This document shows positions 8,995-16,582 of a stretch of 64,000 nt of DNA, piece by piece. A program made the translations under genes and the position numbers. The notes beneath the pieces were generated by a model. It was not told the origin of the DNA, made no database searches, and saw only the letters and a program-made list of their open reading frames with translations. The stretch's first letter is position 1. Every line of letters begins with the position of its first letter. The stretch lies in the IMG/VR virus record IMGVR_UViG_3300020048_000102. One strand, given 5' to 3'. Source of the DNA: an uncultured virus (IMG/VR IMGVR_UViG_3300020048_000102) (Duplodnaviria > Heunggongvirae > Uroviricota > Caudoviricetes).

Positions 8995-10287
8995 TTAACG
9001 ATGTTCATCAAAGTACGCCCATGTACCAAAAGGCGGCTCGATATCCTTACTGCCGTGAATGATCCAGGTTGTATCACAATAATCAGGATCACCCCATGAA
9101 CTCCAGGGCATACCATCTGTAAATACAATTAGCCGTTTTGGACAGCGCCCAGCATCTTTAAGATAAGAAAAGATAGCATCAAAGTCAGTGCCGCCACCGC
9201 CTGCAGGCTGATATTCATCAATTTTATCCAAATTCTCACTGGTAAAATCTTGTGGGTTGTAAATATCTGTATCAAAACAGAATACATGAACACGATAGCC
9301 ATCAAACATGTCCATCATGCCGCCAATTTCAGCCAGAAACTGTGCAGCCTGACGATTAGTAATACTACCACTCATGTCAATAGCAATATCTACGTCAATT
9401 TCTTCACCTGGAGTCATGCCAGGCATAACAGCATCCATATGCCAACCGCGACGATTTGGACGAGCGAATGAATAGTCTTGCTTAATACTACTGGTCAAAT
9501 TGGTCTGAATCAATTCTCGCCATGGCATTGTAGGACTTGTAACATCTTTAATAAGACGCTCTATGCCTTTGGGTAATTGTCCGGCCTCACATCCTTTTGC
9601 CGCATTGATAACGTTTTGTTTAATTTCTTGTTTAAGTTGTTCACGTTCTTCTTTAGTCAGTGGCGTGGGACGTTTGCCGTTACCGTTGGCATCGCCTTCT
9701 CCGTCACCATCATCTTGATCTTCCATATGCTCATCCAGCATTTGATCAATTAGGTCATCAATATTAATTTTTTCTGCATTTTCCATCAAGTCATCATAGA
9801 TGTATTCATATCCTTTGCCGTCATACTTAGATTCATAGAGACACGGAACCGTAGTAATAAATTCACCCACATGATGACGTTTAAGATCAGCATTAACAGC
9901 GTAGTCAGCCGCGATGTTACTGATTCTGGGCTCACGATGTTCACGGCGGCCCATATGATCATAGACTACATGTAATACTTCGTGACCGAATAGGAACTCA
10001 ACTTCTTTTTGTTTTAGTTTTTGAATGAATCTACTATTGTAGTAAAAATTGCGACCGTCCGTGGCCGCGGTAGAGCACCATTCATCAGAGTTAATCAGTT
10101 TAAGACGGGTAGCCAAGTTGCCGAAAAAACTATGTTTCATCAACAGTCCGACTCTGGCCGTGACCAACTTATCTCTAGCAAGTAAGTCAATTTTAGGATC
10201 CATTGGACCAATCAAGTCATCAAAATTGACACTTTTATTTTTACCACGTTTTTTACTAGATTTTACGCCAGAAATTACTTCGCTCAT
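8995..10287 (-). CDS. Metallopeptidase-like (HExxH) + VWA domain protein (DUF2201-type), MoxR partner
   Basis: TAATDG, FGHEVLH, NIAADYAVN, MIDAS IDMSGS, GGGGTDF, VFTDG. Start moved to MSEVIS (10287), which follows a GGAG SD and a sigma70 promoter. Confidence 0.85.
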   Translation of the reverse strand: MSEVISGVKSSKKRGKNKSVNFDDLIGPMDPKIDLLARDKLVTARVGLLMKHSFFGNLATRLKLINSDEWCSTAATDGRNFYYNSRFIQKLKQKEVEFLFGHEVLHVVYDHMGRREHREPRISNIAADYAVNADLKRHHVGEFITTVPCLYESKYDGKGYEYIYDDLMENAEKINIDDLIDQMLDEHMEDQDDGDGEGDANGNGKRPTPLTKEEREQLKQEIKQNVINAAKGCEAGQLPKGIERLIKDVTSPTMPWRELIQTNLTSSIKQDYSFARPNRRGWHMDAVMPGMTPGEEIDVDIAIDMSGSITNRQAAQFLAEIGGMMDMFDGYRVHVFCFDTDIYNPQDFTSENLDKIDEYQPAGGGGTDFDAIFSYLKDAGRCPKRLIVFTDGMPWSSWGDPDYCDTTWIIHGSKDIEPPFGTWAYFDEHR

Positions 10288-10310
10288 ATCGATTCTCCAC
10301 TCAATAATAC

Positions 10311-10339
10311 ATTCTAACACAGTTATGATTTATTGTCAA
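10311..10339 (-). promoter_or_regulatory. Sigma70-type early promoter
   Basis: TTGACA (10339-10334), 17 bp, TAGAAT (10316-10311). Confidence 0.8.
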
Positions 10340-10350
10340 ATCATAACTGT

Positions 10351-10371
10351 AAAACGGGGCACAGGCCCCGT
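10351..10371 (-). terminator. Rho-independent terminator after the AAA gene
   Basis: ACGGGGC-CTGT-GCCCCGT stem-loop followed by TTT on the minus strand. Confidence 0.65.
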
Positions 10372-10376
10372 GTGAT

Positions 10377-11477
10377 TTATTTACTAGCGTCAATCACGTA
10401 TTTACCATATTTTTTATGGAATGATTCAAAGTTAGAAAGTTTAGTGGCATCAACTTTGAGGTCATAGTTTTTAAGTGCAATCTTGGCACCCAAGATAATC
10501 AACTCAGTTTCAAAGTTTTTCATAATGAATGATAAAAAGTTATCAAACATATCATGAAGATGTTTACTATCAACACGCTTGTTATCCACTGCGTCCTTCA
10601 TTTCATAACACATTGAAATAACAAGACTGTACATAGCCGAGACTTCCTTGACTTCTAGTTCAGTAACTTTACCTTCTAAAATTTCCGTAGGTTCTGGCAA
10701 GCGATCAACGATTTTACGATGGGCTTGAAACTTGGCAGCGAGACCTTCTCCAACTGCACCTGCTACTAGCGTGAATAACGTATCAGTATCAATCTCACGC
10801 TCATTCTTGAGTAAGTCACTTACAAATACCCAACTACGTGGTGTTGCAAATGCACGTGAACTAGATTTACTATCAAAGTCATACAAGTCTTGTTTAGCAA
10901 ATGACAAGTATGATACCACGTCCTTGTGAATCATTTGTTTTACGGCCCAAGTTTGCCATGATGTAAAGTCTGGACGCATTTCAATGTGTAGGAACCGATT
11001 GGCCAGTGGCATAGGCATACGGTAGGTAATACCCTTGTCCGAATCACGATTACCGGCGGCAACAATCACCACGTTATCTGGCAATACATATTTACCAATA
11101 CGGCGATTTAGAATAAGTTGATATCCGGCCGCCTGAACTGATGGTGGCGCCGAATTCATTTCATCTAAGAATAAAACAATGATGGGATATTTAGAGGCAA
11201 GTTCCTCATCTGGCAGATCAATCGGCGGTGCCCAGTCCATCTTGCCGTTATCACGATTGAAATAGGGAATACCACGAATATCAGTGGGTTCCATTTGAGC
11301 CATACGTAGGTCAATCATGTGACCTCCCAGTTCCTGGGTAATCTCAGCAACCACTTCTGATTTTCCAATTCCCGGAGGGCCCCACAAAAAGATAGGGCGT
11401 TTGGCTTTAAATGCCATTAAAATAGATTTGCGAGCCTGTTCGCTGGTGATTGTATAATTATCGCTGACTGCTGACAT
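10377..11477 (-). CDS. MoxR-like AAA+ ATPase
   Basis: Walker A GPPGIGKS, Walker B LFLDEMN, AAGNR, LANRF, ATPRSW; adjacent to the VWA gene. Confidence 0.9.
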   Translation of the reverse strand: MSAVSDNYTITSEQARKSILMAFKAKRPIFLWGPPGIGKSEVVAEITQELGGHMIDLRMAQMEPTDIRGIPYFNRDNGKMDWAPPIDLPDEELASKYPIIVLFLDEMNSAPPSVQAAGYQLILNRRIGKYVLPDNVVIVAAGNRDSDKGITYRMPMPLANRFLHIEMRPDFTSWQTWAVKQMIHKDVVSYLSFAKQDLYDFDSKSSSRAFATPRSWVFVSDLLKNEREIDTDTLFTLVAGAVGEGLAAKFQAHRKIVDRLPEPTEILEGKVTELEVKEVSAMYSLVISMCYEMKDAVDNKRVDSKHLHDMFDNFLSFIMKNFETELIILGAKIALKNYDLKVDATKLSNFESFHKKYGKYVIDASK

Positions 11478-11508
11478 ATTTTTCCTTGATTGTTAAGTAA
11501 TAGAATGT

Positions 11509-11537
11509 AGTGTACTACATGTGTGATTTATTGTCAA
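11509..11537 (-). promoter_or_regulatory. Sigma70-type early promoter
   Basis: TTGACA (11537-11532), 17 bp, TACACT (11514-11509). Confidence 0.7.
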
Positions 11538-11803
11538 GCGGACCAATAAGATTCTGAACTAGGTGAACAAGAGTAGGGGGTGTCGTATCGTTCCTGAAAT
11601 TCTGCGCCCGTTAGTGCATTCTTACGAGTCACGAAGGTTTCATAAACTTCAACACGATAACCTCGACTGACAGGGTAATATGTTCGATAGTGTAAAAGAA
11701 CCGCGTCTTTGGGTGAAAGTAAATCAACTTCAAATTTTTCACTCAAACGATTACCTGCTTTAGTACGGGCATCACGCTTGTAAATTTCTACGGTATAGTT
11801 CAT
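11534..11803 (-). CDS. Small hypothetical early protein
   Basis: 89 aa, GGAG SD, directly downstream of a consensus sigma70 promoter; C-terminal TPYSCSPSSESYW. Confidence 0.8.
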   Translation of the reverse strand: MNYTVEIYKRDARTKAGNRLSEKFEVDLLSPKDAVLLHYRTYYPVSRGYRVEVYETFVTRKNALTGAEFQERYDTPYSCSPSSESYWSA

Positions 11804-11833
11804 CGATTTCTCCGCTTTTTTGACTGTAAAGAT

Positions 11834-11862
11834 ATTATATCACTATTGTGATTTATTGTCAA
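11834..11862 (-). promoter_or_regulatory. Sigma70-type early promoter (perfect consensus)
   Basis: TTGACA (11862-11857), 17 bp, TATAAT (11839-11834). Confidence 0.85.
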
Positions 11863-11871
11863 ATCGTGAGT

Positions 11872-11889
11872 TGTTGTAAAAATACAACA
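11872..11889. promoter_or_regulatory. Palindromic operator-like site TGTTGTA-N4-TACAACA
   Basis: 18-mer 9 bp upstream of the -35; its exact reverse complement recurs at 14603-14620. Confidence 0.6.
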
Positions 11890-11892
11890 CCG

Positions 11893-14160
11893 TCAAGCAA
11901 ACAGTAAATATCCATTTCCGGATATTTCCTCCACTGTTGGAGTAGATATCGATGCCAGTGTTAGACCGGCAAATGTGATACTGGTGTCGATTAGGCGATC
12001 ACCGTTCAAATCATAGTGAAGGGTGGCGCCTCGATATCCCTCTGCGCCCTGATCATCAAACGCTAGCACAAGACTACTGACATCTTGTTGCCAGCCCCAA
12101 ATATTCACGCTATCTTCCAGTGAAAAATCAGTGATAGTTGACCATGTTCTTGCTCCGCTTCGTCCATCTAAGAAAAAAGTATCAGCGCCTGCGCCGCCTG
12201 TTAAGAAATTCGAACCTAGACCGCCATCTAAAACATCCATGCCGTCTCTGCCATCAGCCGCATCATCGTCATCTTGTAAAACCATAAAATCATTTGCTAG
12301 TGAGCCAACAAGTATGTCCTGACTTTCCGTTCCAAATATTTCAAATTGTAAGAAATCTACTTCGCCAACATAGGTATTGATTGAACTATATTGATTATAA
12401 TTACCGGGTGATTCGTACTTAGTGTATTGAATACCATTGGAGATCAGTTCAGATACATTTGCTTTGTTTTCGAAACTTTCACTAAAGTTGATTAACATCT
12501 TTTCTCTGGACATTCCGTTGGCCATGTCTCGTTGCCAATACTCGTATCCAGTCTGATCTGGCTGTCTGTCTAGGACATTTTCATAAAGTAACTTGATAAA
12601 ATCATTATCGCTAACATTCGCGCCGTATCGTAAAATAAATTCATCGCTGGCCATAAATCCACTCGATACTGTTTCCAGTGTAACTCCTCTGTCCATATCA
12701 TTGATCCAATAACCTAGCCCCTTAAGATCTGGCGTTCTATCAAACGCCGCTTTATAGAGTCTATAGGCTTTGCCAGCGATATTTTCTATGTCTAGCGCTA
12801 CGTGAGTATCCGTAAATTTGATACGCTCGATGCTGATTAAAGTATCTGTGCCATCTCTTGCCGCTGACAAATCACGAACTGTAGTTGTTGAATCGACGGA
12901 TATTATATAGTTGTTAAGCGGTCCGGAGAAGATAGCAGTATCTCTGCCAGCGCCGCCATTGAGAAAGTCGTTGCCTAACCCGCCCTCTAGACTGTCATGA
13001 TGATAGCCACCAATGATACGGTCGTTCTTGTCGATTTCAGTATCGCCATAGAAAAGTTTTCCTTCTGTTTGACGAAGACCTTTATACCAGGAGGCCAATA
13101 CGTCACCTGCCGGTTTGCCTTCCCAATCTTCACCAACATCACCCTTTAGATATCTGCTAGGACTGTCGATAGGGCGGTCATTAATTCTGGTAATACTATT
13201 AAAGGATATACCTAACAGCCAGTCTCCCTGTTCATGACTGAATACACGAAAAAAACTTTCAAAAAGATCAGCCTGTTCTTGTAGGTCTGATTTTAATGGA
13301 ATCGTAGACTGCCAAATTTTGGCTTCATTGATATTGGTGCCATCCACTGAACGAAATGTTCTATCGTTAAAATACACAGGACGATCAAAACGCTCTGCTA
13401 AATTCTTGAAAAATTCAACTGGTTGTGCACCGATGGCATTTTCGTACCAGCCGCTGACTAGCTGATCTACCGTAGGGTCAGATAAATTAGTTAGCGGTTC
13501 TGGGAATGGCTGAACACCGATTGAATCTAGACTGCGCCAGATTTGTTCTGATGTAGCATCAATCTGATAGGTGCTGTTTCCATCCATCCACGAAGTTGCG
13601 GTGAGATGCCCAGAAAATACCTGTTTGATATCGGCAGCTAATTTAACCCAACCATCCACGAGTTCGGGTTTCCACGTCATGTGCTGTTCCACATCAGTAA
13701 ATAACGTGATTCTCTTAGCGCCAATTTTTTCAGCGAGAGCGGCCCATTTCAACATTTCTTCGGAATAACTCTTCATCCAAGCATGATTATTGATAGGATT
13801 TATTTTATCCGCGATAATGTTATTTTGATTATCTCGATTGGCAATTACAACCAATGGATTAATTTCAATGTCTAGACCACGAGACTGTAGAGTATGAGCA
13901 AATTTCTCTATTTTTTCATTGCTTGGGTTGTATGAATTGGTAAGATTCTGATCAAAATTATTATCGGTAGAACGATTCATTACCGAGGTAATAATAAACT
14001 TTGCCGAATCGGCTCCGCTATCTACAATTCTGTTTATAAAGCTGGATAGGCCCGGGTCATAATCGTTAGCCCAATGGTCATTCATGTGATCATCGAGGTA
14101 ATTGTTTCCCATAAGTGGAATACTCACACTATTGATTTGAAATGGTTTTTCCATGCTCAT
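11893..14160 (-). CDS. Bacterial-type protein: glycoside-hydrolase-like TIM barrel (GH113/GTA-TIM-like) + RTX Ca-binding repeats + DUF4214 domain
   Basis: DLQEQADLFESFF...GKPAGDVLASWY (GH113-like); GGLGNDFLNGGAGRD and GGLGSNFLTGGAGADTF (RTX nonapeptides); AYRLYKAAFDRTPD..GLGYW...LYENVLDRQPD..GYEYW...FSESFEN (DUF4214-like). Confidence 0.75.
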   Translation of the reverse strand: MSMEKPFQINSVSIPLMGNNYLDDHMNDHWANDYDPGLSSFINRIVDSGADSAKFIITSVMNRSTDNNFDQNLTNSYNPSNEKIEKFAHTLQSRGLDIEINPLVVIANRDNQNNIIADKINPINNHAWMKSYSEEMLKWAALAEKIGAKRITLFTDVEQHMTWKPELVDGWVKLAADIKQVFSGHLTATSWMDGNSTYQIDATSEQIWRSLDSIGVQPFPEPLTNLSDPTVDQLVSGWYENAIGAQPVEFFKNLAERFDRPVYFNDRTFRSVDGTNINEAKIWQSTIPLKSDLQEQADLFESFFRVFSHEQGDWLLGISFNSITRINDRPIDSPSRYLKGDVGEDWEGKPAGDVLASWYKGLRQTEGKLFYGDTEIDKNDRIIGGYHHDSLEGGLGNDFLNGGAGRDTAIFSGPLNNYIISVDSTTTVRDLSAARDGTDTLISIERIKFTDTHVALDIENIAGKAYRLYKAAFDRTPDLKGLGYWINDMDRGVTLETVSSGFMASDEFILRYGANVSDNDFIKLLYENVLDRQPDQTGYEYWQRDMANGMSREKMLINFSESFENKANVSELISNGIQYTKYESPGNYNQYSSINTYVGEVDFLQFEIFGTESQDILVGSLANDFMVLQDDDDAADGRDGMDVLDGGLGSNFLTGGAGADTFFLDGRSGARTWSTITDFSLEDSVNIWGWQQDVSSLVLAFDDQGAEGYRGATLHYDLNGDRLIDTSITFAGLTLASISTPTVEEISGNGYLLFA

Positions 14161-14367
14161 TTAATTATTCGCCACGGTTTTGATAAAACAGTTTTCCAAA
14201 ATAACTCGTTCACGAATTGCGCCGTAAACGGTGACGGGTTCATCAAGAACAACATGATGACTAACCGTTCCGCCATATTGTACTCGACTTAAATCAACAC
14301 GACCCGTGACTGGAATTTCACCCATGTAGAGACCAGTGACTAGTAATCCTTCTAGATTCCAAGACAT
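14161..14367 (-). CDS. Small hypothetical protein
   Basis: MSWNLEG... start after a GGAGG SD; the stop abuts the start of the next gene. Confidence 0.75.
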   Translation of the reverse strand: MSWNLEGLLVTGLYMGEIPVTGRVDLSRVQYGGTVSHHVVLDEPVTVYGAIRERVILENCFIKTVANN

Positions 14368-14368
14368 A

Positions 14369-14518
14369 TTAACCTCCAAAAGCCATGTTGTTGTTGTAAA
14401 ACATTTTATTTAATACGTTAAAATAGCCGTCATACGCTGGATCTTGTGCTCCAAGACCGCTACATCCAGACAGTACTATCAGTGCCGTAATAACTAAGAC
14501 GATTTTAAGTGTTTTCAT
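14369..14518 (-). CDS. Small predicted lipoprotein (49 aa, below ORF-track cutoff)
   Basis: Manual translation MKTLKIVLVITALIVLSGCSGLGAQDPAYDGYFNVLNKMFYNNNMAFGG: basic N-terminus, hydrophobic core, lipobox LSG-C; first gene after a consensus promoter. Confidence 0.65.
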   Translation of the reverse strand: MKTLKIVLVITALIVLSGCSGLGAQDPAYDGYFNVLNKMFYNNNMAFGG

Positions 14519-14549
14519 AATTGAATTCGTTTATTGATTGAATACTTGT

Positions 14550-14578
14550 ATTATATCTGAATTCGGATTTATTGTCAA
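14550..14578 (-). promoter_or_regulatory. Sigma70-type early promoter (perfect consensus)
   Basis: TTGACA (14578-14573), 17 bp, TATAAT (14555-14550). Confidence 0.85.
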
Positions 14579-14602
14579 CTATTGACTGTTATTATGAAAT
14601 TG

Positions 14603-14620
14603 TGTTGTATTTTTACAACA
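14603..14620. promoter_or_regulatory. Palindromic operator-like site, second copy
   Basis: TGTTGTATTTTTACAACA, the reverse complement of 11872-11889, 24 bp upstream of the -35. Confidence 0.6.
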
Positions 14621-14779
14621 TTATGTTACAAGAGCCGGACCGCTTTGTAGATTCTGACCGTAAGTATTTTTTAATATTTCACCGGCAACATATGAGTTTG
14701 GCGCTTGAACTGTTACCTTGATAAAAGTTCCGGTTCCAGTTTTTACAAAAGCCCAAAACGATCTCATTTCATTACTCAT
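14621..14779 (-). CDS. Small hypothetical protein (52 aa, below cutoff)
   Basis: Manual translation MSNEMRSFWAFVKTGTGTFIKVTVQAPNSYVAGEILKNTYGQNLQSGPALVT; AGGAG SD and CTAAATA upstream. Confidence 0.65.
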   Translation of the reverse strand: MSNEMRSFWAFVKTGTGTFIKVTVQAPNSYVAGEILKNTYGQNLQSGPALVT

Positions 14780-14801
14780 ACAAAGTCTCCTAATAAAGTA
14801 T

Positions 14802-15056
14802 TTAGTTACTTAGTTGCAACATCAGTATCCACTTTTCCAAGTTATTGATAGATTGATTGACGTTTTGTAGATAGGGTTCTAAATATCGTGGATTTTTTAG
14901 TCTACGTGCCTCTACTTCACGTCGACTAAGTTCGCTGATCATTTTTTCAATATTACGTTTCATTTTTATGAGATCATGATTGTATCTCATATTATTTAAT
15001 TGAATCCGTAATTCAGCGTCAACTGCTTGCCAGTCTTGAGCACAAGTAATTTTCAT
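14802..15056 (-). CDS. Hypothetical helical protein
   Basis: 84-aa ORF whose ATG lies 6 nt after a -10 box. Confidence 0.7.
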   Translation of the reverse strand: MKITCAQDWQAVDAELRIQLNNMRYNHDLIKMKRNIEKMISELSRREVEARRLKNPRYLEPYLQNVNQSINNLEKWILMLQLSN

Positions 15057-15062
15057 AATAGT

Positions 15063-15091
15063 ATCTTACTACAAATACTATTTATTGTCAA
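15063..15091 (-). promoter_or_regulatory. Sigma70-type early promoter
   Basis: TTGACA (15091-15086), 17 bp, TAAGAT (15068-15063). Confidence 0.7.
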
Positions 15092-15122
15092 GTTTTTTTA
15101 AATACAGATATGAAAAATAGGA

Positions 15123-15190
15123 GATAAATAAAGTGTAGTTCACGAGACGGGAATCTCTAACTACTCTAACGCTTAAGAGGAGCATCAGCA
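15123..15190 (+). ncRNA. Conserved structured 5' leader of GIY-YIG gene, copy 1
   Basis: GATAAATA-AA-GTGTAGTT-CAC-GAGA-CGGGAA-TCTC-T-AACTAC-TCTAAC-GCT-TAAG-AGGAGCATCAGC-A-ATG; homologous to 56726-56795 with compensatory stem changes. Confidence 0.65.
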
Positions 15191-15850
15191 ATGATATTTA
15201 GTTCAACAAATACCCCACCTGGTTTTTATGTCTATGTGTATCTCAGAGAAGATGACACGCCATATTATGTTGGAAAGGGCAAACATAAACGAGCCTGGAA
15301 GAAAAGTGGCTCAGAAGTTCGTCCACCAAAAGATAACAACAGAATCATCATTACTCACTGGGGTCTAACAGAACTATGGGCCCTTGCTATGGAACGATGG
15401 CATATTCGTTGGTATGGTCGAAAAGATTTAGGTACAGGAATTCTTAGGAATAAAACAGACGGCGGGGATGGTGTTACTGGCAGAGAAATGACTTCGGCAG
15501 ATAGAAAGAAAATATCTGATGCTAAAATAGGTGTACCTATTTGGACAAAAGAGGCTCGTGCTAAAATGTCTGAGGTTCGTTCAGGAGGAAGTCACTGGAA
15601 TTATGGAAACTCAACACCCGAGGAAGTTTCAGATAAAATTTCCGACGGACTAAAACGATATTATTTATTGACCCCGCCACCTGTTAAGAACTATACACTG
15701 ATAGACACGCTTACTGGTGAAGAGACAGTCTTTAATACAAGAACGGCGGAATCAATCCTGAAGCCTCTCAACATTAATAAAAAAGAATTGATAAAGGTTG
15801 CTCAACATACCAATCGTCTTTATAAGAAACGATACACTGTTAAATTTTAA
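15191..15850 (+). mobile_element. Free-standing GIY-YIG homing endonuclease with NUMOD3-like repeats
   Basis: FYVYVYLREDDTPYYVGKG...R...E..HIRWYGRKDLGTGILRNKTDGGDG catalytic domain; RKKISDAK / RAKMSE / DKISDG repeats; opposite strand to its neighbours. Confidence 0.85.
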
Positions 15851-16212
15851 CGCTTTATAAATGGCTCTAGATTTGGCGGAGCCCAATTAATCGGCTTCAA
15901 AACTTTGCCGTCCTCACGTTTACGTACCTTGCCAGTGTCCAGGTCAATCTTAGTAGCGTTAGTTCTCATGACTTCGTCCCACGCTCCTTCGGCATCCCAG
16001 CCACGACTATGAATAGCACCGATAGTGACTACTAGAATATCAATCAGTGCGTCCAGGGTTTCTACTGAGTCGTTTGCATTAATAGCATCGGCCAACTCAC
16101 CGGTTTCTTCGCCTATAAGTTGTACATACATGTTAAACTGAGATTGATTATCTTGGTCGATAGTTTGATCACAGGCGGTCATAAACCATTCCTGATCTTT
16201 AAACGGGTTCAT
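15847..16212 (-). CDS. MazG-like / all-alpha NTP pyrophosphohydrolase
   Basis: LIGEETGEL, ETLDALIDILVV, EVMRTNATK, KREDGKVLKP. Start placed at MNPFKDQ after an AAGGA SD. Confidence 0.85.
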   Translation of the reverse strand: MNPFKDQEWFMTACDQTIDQDNQSQFNMYVQLIGEETGELADAINANDSVETLDALIDILVVTIGAIHSRGWDAEGAWDEVMRTNATKIDLDTGKVRKREDGKVLKPINWAPPNLEPFIKR

Positions 16213-16486
16213 TGTTGTTTCCTTTATCGTTATGTTCATCGTTTTCTATCCAGCCGGTGTCCTGTTCTAGACGCTGCTCTTGAATAGTTTTTTCACCGTG
16301 CCTACGTGGGTTTTCACAAAGACTACAACCAGGATTGCCACAGTTCATCGCATGATGCTTAGCGTACTTGTGTGGCTCTGTTACTGTGACTCCGTGGGAT
16401 TTTGCTATCTTGACCTGACGATTTACCGCCCGTTCGTCACCGTGTAATCTACGACTGTGTCGAATTTTGTCTTGTTCTGTACTCAT
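16199..16486 (-). CDS. Hypothetical protein with Cys/His cluster (possible Zn binding)
   Basis: KHHAMNCGNPGCSLCENPR; GAGG SD. Confidence 0.7.
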   Translation of the reverse strand: MSTEQDKIRHSRRLHGDERAVNRQVKIAKSHGVTVTEPHKYAKHHAMNCGNPGCSLCENPRRHGEKTIQEQRLEQDTGWIENDEHNDKGNNNEPV

Positions 16487-16516
16487 ATCATACCTCGCTT
16501 ACGTCAAGTGTATCAT

Positions 16517-16560
16517 AAAAAGAACAGGGCGCTCAAGCATTTTGGATAACTTGAACGCCC
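16517..16560 (-). terminator. Rho-independent terminator ending the tail-fibre transcript
   Basis: GGGCGTTCAAG-N12-CTTGAGCGCCC followed by TGTTCTTTTT on the minus strand. Confidence 0.7.
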
Positions 16561-16582
16561 GGAACTTCGAACTAATTCGTAA

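Noticed and set aside
15191..15850. GIY-YIG genes as intron-encoded ORFs
   Set aside because: The flanking genes of both copies appear complete, and the non-coding flanks are too short for a group I intron core.
16487..16582. tRNA or other ncRNA in the gap after the tail fibre
   Set aside because: Only a single hairpin with a U-rich tail is evident, consistent with a terminator; no cloverleaf could be built.
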